A program made the position numbers and the translations under genes. A stretch of 64,000 bases of DNA, from positions 64,001 through 128,000 of IMG/VR virus record IMGVR_UViG_3300028887_000077, one strand, 5' to 3'. This document shows positions 56,372 through 64,000 of this stretch, one piece after another. Origin of the DNA: a virus. Lineage: Duplodnaviria; Caudoviricetes. Numbering within the stretch: the first letter of the stretch is position 1; each line of letters begins with the position of its first letter. Below the pieces are notes generated by a model that did not search any database, was not told the origin of the DNA, and saw nothing but the letters and a program-made list of their open reading frames with translations.

Positions 56372-57052
56372 TTATCCGTTTGGATTAAAATCTTTGCCGT
56401 CAAAACCACTGTATTCAAACTGAAACGATCCAGATACGGTTTTGCGAATATCGTCTTCGCTCGCCTGTGAGGCGCCAATAATAGACAACAAATCTTTCAT
56501 GCCATCTTTAGACAAATCACAGGGATTACGATTAATCTTAAGGTTGCGCCCACACGGTTTAAATTCAGTACAGACACCTCCGCGATATTCGCAGAGCGGA
56601 ACCAGAAGTCCGTCAAATTCCGGACAGACCTCGATTACCTGCCTGCACATTTCGGCCACGACTTCTCGTGTTTCTTTTGACGCTTGATTGCACAGGCGTT
56701 TATGTGCTATTGTCATAAGCTCTTCGGCGTTCATATACCACATCATGTCAACCGGTGCGTCCTGCGGAGCTTTGCGGCGGTCATAATCAGACTGCCTGTC
56801 GTTTCGCTGTGACTTAACAAATGGTGTCGCATGAACATGTCTGACCAAATGCGTTGACACCCAGTACGGCACGTCCGTGAGTCTAAAACAGAAATTCAGC
56901 GTCCGAATCGGGCTATGGCACGCAGCCAACAGCCGCTTCTTCCACTCGAGATCCGGTGGAGCAACCGGGGTTTTACCGATTGTTACGAGTGTACACTGTT
57001 TTGCTAACATCCAATCCTCATTGGTTGGATATTTAACAATTTCTACATTCAT
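56372..57052 (-). CDS. thyX: ThyX-like FAD-dependent thymidylate synthase
   Basis: HSPIR..F..VSTHLVRH..SQRNDR..RLCNQASKETR..PLCEYRGGVCTE. Confidence 0.8.
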   Translation of the reverse strand: MNVEIVKYPTNEDWMLAKQCTLVTIGKTPVAPPDLEWKKRLLAACHSPIRTLNFCFRLTDVPYWVSTHLVRHVHATPFVKSQRNDRQSDYDRRKAPQDAPVDMMWYMNAEELMTIAHKRLCNQASKETREVVAEMCRQVIEVCPEFDGLLVPLCEYRGGVCTEFKPCGRNLKINRNPCDLSKDGMKDLLSIIGASQASEDDIRKTVSGSFQFEYSGFDGKDFNPNG

Positions 57053-57267
57053 TATTCACCCTCCTGCAAGAGAGCTTTAATCGCCTTTACTGTGTCTTCG
57101 TCTTCAACATACCACATGTCGTGTACCTTAAAGCTGAGCTTTCCAACAACGTCTCCGCCAAGATTGGAAAGAAACTGCCAAAACCTCTGATCTGGGCACC
57201 TAAGCCACAGTTGTTTAACCATGTCAAGAATTTCTGGAATACGATTAGGATCGCGCATCTTATTCAT
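57052..57267 (-). CDS. DUF1040/YihD-like protein
   Basis: MRDPNRIPEIL..W..PDQRFWQ..WYVED. Confidence 0.75.
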   Translation of the reverse strand: MNKMRDPNRIPEILDMVKQLWLRCPDQRFWQFLSNLGGDVVGKLSFKVHDMWYVEDEDTVKAIKALLQEGE

Positions 57268-57294
57268 CTCCTTTATATTTAGGCCCCGGTTATA

Positions 57295-60200
57295 TTATGT
57301 TTTCCGGGGCCTATTTTTTATTGCCAATTCTGCACGAATATCTTCGACCATTTTTGCGAAGTCTTCGTCAGATATAATCTCCATTACCGGCGACTCGTAT
57401 GGCAGATAATGTCCTTCGGTTGGTTCATCCTTCTTCTCTGGTGGCTCCAAAGAAACCGGAGATAGAACATAATATCTACCAAGGAATTCAACAGCATTCG
57501 GATCGTCTGCCGTTGACTCCACGGGTGCGATCGGCATCTTTTGAGGAACACACGAAAGTATTTCCTCGTCTAAAAGCACCCACGCAAAGTCCCAGTTAAA
57601 CTTCGTGTATGATTGTGAAAGCGCATATATGTACGTGAGTCCGTCAAGAGTGTTGAGTTTAAGGTCCGCGTATTGTGCACGTATTTTTTCCGTCATAGAG
57701 TCGATCGCAGCGAACCTGAAGTCTTTATACTCATCAGGATCAGCCCCGTCGAACACGCGAGAAACCGTTTGTAGATTTTTGTTCGAACTGAATGTTCGGT
57801 ATATATCTCTCATCTTATGCAGCACATCCGGATCGATTTTAAACGAATCAAGATCGTGGTGTGGAAGCATAGATATATTATGCTTATGGTAGTTGATGTC
57901 AAAATCGACAGATTCAAATTCTTTGCATATTAGATTCATCGTACAATCGCTATTAATTACCGGTGAGAACCGCCTGTATCTTCTGATAAAAGTCCGTTCG
58001 AGTTCTGTTTTCTGCTCTTTCATTAAGAGCTTTTTAATTGGCATGCGGAACATGCACTTTGATGTCTCATTATACTTAGACTCATAACGCTTATACTTGG
58101 CATTAAGTTCTTGGTACAAGTACCGGAAGAAATATGGCTTCTTCGCTAGAACTAATGAGTTATGATAATATTTCGCTTGTCGTTCTGCGTCTGTATCGTC
58201 AGGAAGAATTTTTTGGATCTTCAACCACTCGTCTTTTGGCGGGCCCTTTGCGTCGACACCCTTGATTCGGTCGATCTCTTGCCCGTTAATTTCTCTCAGG
58301 AGCTTTTTACGCAACAGTAATTCGTTGTCCTGCGGGGAGTCCTGTGCGAAGAGAGGGCGCATCGCCTCTATAATTGTCGAATAGTTAGAATATGTGCCGA
58401 CCTTCGTACCAAACCCTCTGATGTCCGTTTCGACAAAGTTTCTGTGGCAAATTCGCTGAGATGGGACCGCTTCTTTGTCATATGAAATCGGATTCGTTAC
58501 GTCCTTCATCGAGCCCTTTAATAAAACCTCATTGTCAGAGCTCATAACTAAATCGCCATCAACCAAAACACCCTCGGTTTCCCGATATTTATTAGGGGAG
58601 TAGACTATCTCTTCGGCTTACACCCTTTTAACAAATGTAAGTCGCTCGGCACTTTGGAAATACGAGTTTCACGCATTCCCTACTCTACTCGCTTCTTTTG
58701 CGTTGTGTTTCTCAACGCATATGCTTTCGATAGTCGTTACACCTTCTCAATTAAGAGCTTGGCACGGTATTATCATTTTACAAATTTCACCGTTAGCCGA
58801 ACCGTTGGTTCGACACCCTGCTTTTGCAGGTTCACCGAGTTTACTACCGGTCGTCGCCGACCGGCGGACCCTGATCACTAGTCACTGTCTGAATGTCTTA
58901 ATGTACTCAGATCATAAATCGAGTAAATAATGCCGCTGTGTATGTGGGAGTACCACTTTCGTGCTTCGTCGCTTGAATAGAGCGTACAGTGATTCACCTC
59001 GTGCTTATCCAGCAGCGGCGAACGACAAAGCACAATCTCGTCTCCCGGACTTTTCCTCCGTTGCCAGAACTCCGAATAAATATGCTCACCGGGGATTTCT
59101 CCGTCCACCGGAAGCCGTAACGCAGCCCGGCACTGTGCGATCGGGTCAGAGATCATGAACGAGTAATTCCCTCTCACCCATATCTTACCGATTTTCGTTC
59201 GGTTAATAGTCTCTACAATATTTCGATATATTTTTTTCTGGACATATGCGTCCTTTAAGAAGTCTGGGTCTTTTACAACCGCCTTCATAGCGAGGTTTTG
59301 TGCTCGCACAAACACATCGTTGTATGTGACCAGGCGGTCTGAGGAAAACCCTCCGAGAGAATAAAGCAACGCATACACGTCATCGCCAGAACATATCTTA
59401 TTGACCCAGTCGATTGTTGGGGCAACAAGTCGCTTAATATCATCCTTATTAATATTAAGCACTTGGATGATCTGGTAGTTTGCGAGAACATACTCGTCGT
59501 CTATGGCCCGATTATATCTAGAAACACCCCAGCCGATGTTGTACTTGGTGGTGTATCTCAAATAGTCCTCATAAGACGAATAGTACTTGTACTGCTTAAA
59601 CTGACTTTCTGAAAGCAGAACGTCGATCTCGTCCACGTTGTGTGGGTTTCCCCATCGGTCGTATATGATTGATATGCCGTGCTCTTTGGCGTATGCACGA
59701 AAATCAAACGGTACCAGATTACCTTTTGTCCATATTGTTCGGACGACAAAGCTTGACGGGACATATTTAAGAGACATGTTTTCAGACCATCTCTTGGCCA
59801 TATCCGGCGAAATAAGCCCCTGCCCGTCAAAGCTGTTCATCTTAATATCTACGACGCGCTCTTCTACAAGCTTTTTCGTCTTCGTTGTTCCGTCTGCAAG
59901 CACAACATCTTTGTTGACGATCCAGTCGAGCTTCTGATCCTTTAGCGTAGTAAATGCATCCGGGATAACACAAACCCTTGGTGTATCAACCCACATAACA
60001 GAGGATGTCGCCAGCGAAAAATACGCAGAAAGCTTCGCTATGTTAATTTCCTTAACGCGGTCCGTAAGCCCACACATCAATCGCTTTTGAAGCTCTTGAT
60101 AGATCTCTGCGTTACAGAAAATAACGCAATTTCTTCGTATATTCCCGGCCGAGGCGCTAAATCTAACATACCGAACACCGTTTAAGTAAAACCCGTTCTT

Positions 60201-60554
60201 TGCCAGTCTTCTGTAGTCGGATTTTTTAAACACTTCAACGATCGCAAAGTCTTTTACATAGAGCGTCTTTGTCAAAAAGCTCCAATAAACCTTTGCGTTT
60301 TCGTTGTCCCCATCTCGTTTTGCTCTTCGTAAATTTTGCCTGATCTTTTGAACAAGAGCGAAGATTTCTTTCGGTGATCGATTGTCGCCTCTGATTTTTC
60401 GGGCTTGTGCAAATGCGATGTTGTCGCCGCACGAAACAATGCTGTTTGTTGGCGCCGCTTTCTGCAGCCCGAAACCCTGAATGTTTAAGTTGTTCTGACA
60501 GATGAAAGTAGAAGACAGTTTAACAATCTGGTATAAAACCTGTTCTTGTATCAC
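57295..60554 (-). CDS. YonO-like (RdRP-fold, double-psi barrel) single-subunit RNA polymerase; exons 60554..58880 and 58562..57295, 980 aa after splicing
   Basis: FDGQGLIS, VVR..KG, RSP and spliced DSDFDGD motifs; EIDRIKG..KPYFFRYLY. Confidence 0.85.
58563..58879 (-). mobile_element. group I intron, 317 nt, no ORF
   Basis: exon GACU pairs with intron GGUC (U.G), terminal G, core GCTAACGGTGAA, AATACCGTGC, GTGTAACGACTA, GAAGAGATAGTCT. Confidence 0.9.
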
Positions 60555-60569
60555 CTTATAGTCTTCTCC

Positions 60570-61130
60570 TTAGTTGCTGTGAAAAAGTATTTCCTCTCCC
60601 ATTGGAGACAAAAGAAATTTAGTGATCGTAGCAACATCCGTCTCCAACACGGACAAATTAAATTCGTTGTTAATAGTAAAATCTGCTTTATAATCGTTCA
60701 TATCGACCTCAGACGCATGCTTCTTTTGTTCCTCTGTTAATCCGTTGTCGAAATTCGGCCGGACCACACGACAAACCGTGTATGTAAAATCCTTAAATCC
60801 GTTAGCCTCATTTTTATATCGACAATCTGGTATTAACATATAGTCTGCGTCAGAACCAAGAGCGATCTCACGACAGATATTTACCCAGCACATCGGATTG
60901 TTTTTTCGATAAGCCGTTCCTACATTTTGAAGAATGGTTCTTCCAACAGGTCCCTTATCGCCTACAATCCATCCGTAAGATGTGCTGCATAGCATTTTTA
61001 GTGGATCTGCAAAATGGTAAATAATAACGCTTTTCCCGGCCTCTTCGAGAAACTTTTTCATAAACGAAGCGGTCGTGTCTTTTCCATGGCGAGCAGAGCC
61101 AGATAATAAAATGATTTTAGTATTTTTCAT
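60570..61130 (-). CDS. deoxynucleoside monophosphate kinase-like P-loop protein
   Basis: LSGSARHGKDT, HFADPLK, RTILQNVGT, IPDCRYKNE, HASE. Confidence 0.85.
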   Translation of the reverse strand: MKNTKIILLSGSARHGKDTTASFMKKFLEEAGKSVIIYHFADPLKMLCSTSYGWIVGDKGPVGRTILQNVGTAYRKNNPMCWVNICREIALGSDADYMLIPDCRYKNEANGFKDFTYTVCRVVRPNFDNGLTEEQKKHASEVDMNDYKADFTINNEFNLSVLETDVATITKFLLSPMGEEILFHSN

Positions 61131-61743
61131 ATGTGTCAACCCGCATTAGCTCTTTTTCCACAAGTGCGAACTCTAAAATTCTAATGATTTCTTTCCAGGT
61201 GTCAACAATATATAAATTATCCAAAACGGCGGTCTGTTTGTTCCACTGTCTATCTATTCCGCGTTTATATAAAATCTTACAGTTCGCGTTCGTAGTTGCA
61301 AGTGCGTCAAACCGGTCGTCGATTTGGATTCCGTTTGTCATATTAATATGTGATTTGTCGTAACAATTTACTTCTTTTGATAAAGCACATGGCAGGAAGG
61401 TTGCTTTTGAGAAATGCTTTTTTAAGAACGCTTCCTTCCTTTTTAAATTAAGCGGTATGCCCTTCGAGACAAAAACAAAGTTGAAATGCCGTTTGTGATC
61501 GTGATAAAAACGCTTAAAGTCCGGATCAATCTGAACAATATCCCAAAACCTCTCCGATGCGAAGATTTCGTTTACGTTATCGAAATTGGCCCCGGAATAG
61601 ATCGACCGGTATCCCCAGTCGGTAACGTCCTTTACGGTTTTATTTGTTCCGTATTTTTCGTTCATGATTTGAACGACGGCTTCGGACGAATGAAGCACTG
61701 TGTCGTCGACGTCTAAAAATAATGTAATTTTTTCTTTGCCCAT
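61117..61743 (-). CDS. HAD-family 5'(3')-deoxyribonucleotidase-like protein
   Basis: LFLDVDDTV, DKS, QIDD, WN motifs. Confidence 0.8.
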   Translation of the reverse strand: MGKEKITLFLDVDDTVLHSSEAVVQIMNEKYGTNKTVKDVTDWGYRSIYSGANFDNVNEIFASERFWDIVQIDPDFKRFYHDHKRHFNFVFVSKGIPLNLKRKEAFLKKHFSKATFLPCALSKEVNCYDKSHINMTNGIQIDDRFDALATTNANCKILYKRGIDRQWNKQTAVLDNLYIVDTWKEIIRILEFALVEKELMRVDTYEKY

Positions 61744-61812
61744 AATGTGTTAACGCATCAATATATGCCCTCCTTTATTTATAAAGGCCTTTCGGCCTCT
61801 GCTTTCGTGTAT

Positions 61813-61841
61813 ATTATATCATATACATTGTAGGTTGTCAA
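61813..61841 (-). promoter_or_regulatory. sigmaA promoter for nucleotidase-kinase-RNAP operon
   Basis: TTGACA-17-TATAAT with TG on minus strand. Confidence 0.9.
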
Positions 61842-61890
61842 GTGTTTTTTGGTAATTTTTCATGTTTTTTAAAAATTTTTTCATTTTCTA

Positions 61891-61919
61891 TTGACAAATC
61901 GAATTTGACGTGCTAAAAT
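61891..61919 (+). promoter_or_regulatory. sigmaA promoter (inward-facing)
   Basis: TTGACA-17-TAAAAT with TG. Confidence 0.8.
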
Positions 61920-61988
61920 ATTTGGGTGGCGGGAGGGAATAGATGAATAAGACGAATAATAATATAATTATAATTAGTTTAATTACTA

Positions 61989-62049
61989 TTATACCTTATC
62001 AGGTATAAAAATATAATATATATATTGAATTATACCTTATTGGGTATAA
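61989..62049. repeat. two copies of palindrome TTATACC-N6-GGTATAA
   Basis: 61989..62008 and 62030..62049 in AT-rich DNA. Confidence 0.85.
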
Positions 62050-62103
62050 TATTTATATTACTTTTAAACTCCTTTTGTTTATCTTTTCCCGCCCACCACC
62101 CAT

Positions 62104-62132
62104 ATTATAACTCGGGGAAAACGATTTGTCAA
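62104..62132 (-). promoter_or_regulatory. sigmaA promoter (inward-facing)
   Basis: TTGACA-17-TATAAT on minus strand. Confidence 0.85.
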
Positions 62133-62171
62133 GGGGTTTTGTAGAAAAAAATAAAAAATCTCGAAAAGGTC

Positions 62172-62200
62172 TTGACAAACCATAATCGATGATGTATAAT
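62172..62200 (+). promoter_or_regulatory. sigmaA promoter
   Basis: TTGACA-17-TATAAT. Confidence 0.9.
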
Positions 62201-62239
62201 AAAGACAACAAACCGGATGGTATCCGGGAAGGAGGATAT

Positions 62240-62461
62240 ATGCCAGATTTTAAATTCGGGAGTCGATTCGAGAAAGAAACGCGCGAGGAGCTGCTTGCGT
62301 ACTTGAGAATGGTAAAGAACAAAAAATCGTTCGGAGAAGTTGCTGCGTGGATTGTTGGATTTTGGCAATCCGCAACAGCAGAAGAAAACGAAATGTTCAT
62401 CAGTGCGCTCGGAGACCGATCTTTCTGGGAGGAAATCTTAAAGGAGAATGACGATGCGTAA
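62240..62461 (+). CDS. hypothetical protein
   Basis: AAGGAGG RBS before ATG at 62240. Confidence 0.75.
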   Translation: MPDFKFGSRFEKETREELLAYLRMVKNKKSFGEVAAWIVGFWQSATAEENEMFISALGDRSFWEEILKENDDA

Positions 62462-62999
62462 CAAAGAGATTGAACAATTAAAAGAGAGGTTTTATTCAGT
62501 TAAGAGCCCCAACGACCTGAAGGCCCTTGCAAACGAATTCTTCCTTTTTATTGAAGACACGCTCATGCGCGAGGAAATGATTTGTCGCGCATACGAAGAG
62601 TTCGAGGCAGAACAAAAAGAGATGCATAAGTGCGTGCCGGTGTTCGCAAGGGAAATCGAATTCCTTAAGAGGATTGACGACAAAACCGACCGGCGCCTTA
62701 TGTACGGACTGCTCTTTGCTCGCAAGTATAACTATCACAAATCGGGATGGATCAAGCTCGACATGAACGAGCTTCGGTATCTTACGAGAATGCCGAAGCT
62801 GAAGTCTGAGGATTTGTCCGCGCTTATTAAATACAGAATTGAGATGCGTGTCATCGGAAAGAGAGATTCGACCGTTACCTTTATGGATCCTGACATTCTG
62901 ATCTACGGGTACACAGAAGAAACCTATGACGATGATTCCTTCGGATTTCTGACGAAGGCGGATTGTCCGTACAAATTTGAGGATTTATGCTGCCAATAA
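62448..62999 (+). CDS. hypothetical protein (possible DNA-binding)
   Basis: AAGGAG RBS; tiles operon. Confidence 0.75.
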   Translation: MTMRNKEIEQLKERFYSVKSPNDLKALANEFFLFIEDTLMREEMICRAYEEFEAEQKEMHKCVPVFAREIEFLKRIDDKTDRRLMYGLLFARKYNYHKSGWIKLDMNELRYLTRMPKLKSEDLSALIKYRIEMRVIGKRDSTVTFMDPDILIYGYTEETYDDDSFGFLTKADCPYKFEDLCCQ

Positions 63000-63757
63000 A
63001 CAAGTCCGATGTCTGTAGGCGTATGCTGGACACCGGTAAATACCAGTTGTCTTCCAGCAAGATCGTTGAGGACGTATGGCTGATTGCGTGGCTGAAGTCA
63101 AAGGGTATCGGGTATGATGATGCGTTTGAAAAGTGGAAGCGTATTTACATCACCCGACACCCGGATGACGAAACTGCGAAGTCTGTGTTTGACAAGCTAT
63201 GGATGAACTCGCGCCGAACACGGTTTATCAATAAGTATAAGCCAATCGTTTTCTATCAACAAGAGATTGACGATATTGTTGCCGCCAACATTCCGGTGTG
63301 GCAAAAAGAAGCTATTGCGTTGATGTATGCAGTAGCAAAAACGGTTGGATCATCTGAGTTAGATGTTTTGCCTATGTCTGACATTGTTCGTATGACATCT
63401 CTTGTATGTTATCATCATGGATATGAAATTGACAGCGTATTAGAAAATGCACAAAAATTTGGTTTCGTGCGTTTTAAGACAACAAAGCTGTGGGATAACG
63501 CATCTGGGGAATACGATACATTTCTTCGTTATGCATTTCCTCATATACAAGTATCCGGAGACATATATAAAGAAATAAAGTCTGTATTAGATGTTCCAGA
63601 AAATATTTTCGAAGCGTTGTCTGTGTCTGTATGTGTAGACTGTGGTAGGTTGTTTAAACAAAAAATAATTGGCAGAAGGCAAAAAGAGCCAAGATGCCCT
63701 GAATGTTATGTACAATATGTACAAATAAAAGAGAAAAAAAGATTATCTCATTGTTAA
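62987..63757 (+). CDS. hypothetical protein with C-terminal Zn ribbon
   Basis: CVDCG..RCPEC; GAGG RBS. Confidence 0.8.
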   Translation: MLPINKSDVCRRMLDTGKYQLSSSKIVEDVWLIAWLKSKGIGYDDAFEKWKRIYITRHPDDETAKSVFDKLWMNSRRTRFINKYKPIVFYQQEIDDIVAANIPVWQKEAIALMYAVAKTVGSSELDVLPMSDIVRMTSLVCYHHGYEIDSVLENAQKFGFVRFKTTKLWDNASGEYDTFLRYAFPHIQVSGDIYKEIKSVLDVPENIFEALSVSVCVDCGRLFKQKIIGRRQKEPRCPECYVQYVQIKEKKRLSHC

Positions 63758-63847
63758 AAACACAAAACAGAGCATTTACCCTAGATGGATATAGAATGAA
63801 TAAATATCATATATATCTATTTGACGCTGCAATAGCGGCGTCTCTAT

Positions 63848-63923
63848 GCTTCTTTAGCTCAGTTGGCAGAGCAACGGTCTGTTAAACCGTGGGTCGTAGG
63901 TCCGAGCCCTACAGGAAGCGCCA
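63848..63923 (+). tRNA. tRNA-Asn(GTT)
   Basis: ACGGT-CT-GTT-AA-ACCGT, G73, CCA; T loop reads TCCGA. Confidence 0.9.
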
Positions 63924-64000
63924 GATAGAACCAGACAAGCCTCCTAACAATGCTCAAATCGTCTGGTCTTTCACCAATTACCCCAAAGGCCAAGGGGTCG

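Noticed and set aside
27889-56687. Long + strand ORFs such as 27889..28791, 33219..33938 and 47987..48790
   Set aside because: Antisense shadows of RBS-led minus-strand genes.
58878-58880. Amber stop readthrough or genetic code reassignment in the RNA polymerase
   Set aside because: The TAG is created by the exon-intron boundary, and genes across the window are intact under the standard code.

Overview
This window is a 64-kb slice of a large dsDNA phage (or prophage), probably infecting gut Bacillota/Clostridia. The inference rests on perfect sigmaA TTGACA-17-TATAAT promoters, strong AAGGAGG ribosome-binding sites, dense small ORFs, and YopX, PcfJ, Gp88-like and SprT genes. No capsid, tail or terminase genes are visible. 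Layout: (i) 1-24.6 kb, + strand accessory genes interleaved with an RNA-rich array. The array holds four intact tRNAs and a tRNA-Leu(UAA) split by an HNH-encoding group I intron. It also holds a 79-nt tmRNA reduced to its tRNA-like domain, two tRNA-like RNAs with enlarged anticodon arms, and several large helix-rich non-coding segments. An IscS-type cysteine desulfurase and a LicC-type cytidylyltransferase follow. (ii) A low-complexity, strand-skewed convergence region at about 24.6-25.1 kb. (iii) 25-61.7 kb, minus-strand genes, including BspA-type LRR proteins, two PcfJ proteins, a stand-alone S3-like KH domain, GIY-YIG, ThyX, a dNMP kinase and a HAD nucleotidase. This block also carries a YonO-like single-subunit RNA polymerase whose catalytic DFDGD motif is interrupted by a 317-nt group I intron. 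(iv) A four-promoter, palindrome-containing divergence region at 61.8-62.2 kb (origin or switch candidate), then three + strand genes and tRNA-Asn. The best candidate for an undescribed system is the sigmaA-driven set of translation-mimic and structured RNAs at 6.2-16.4 kb. All protein family calls come from motif recognition by eye, not database searches.
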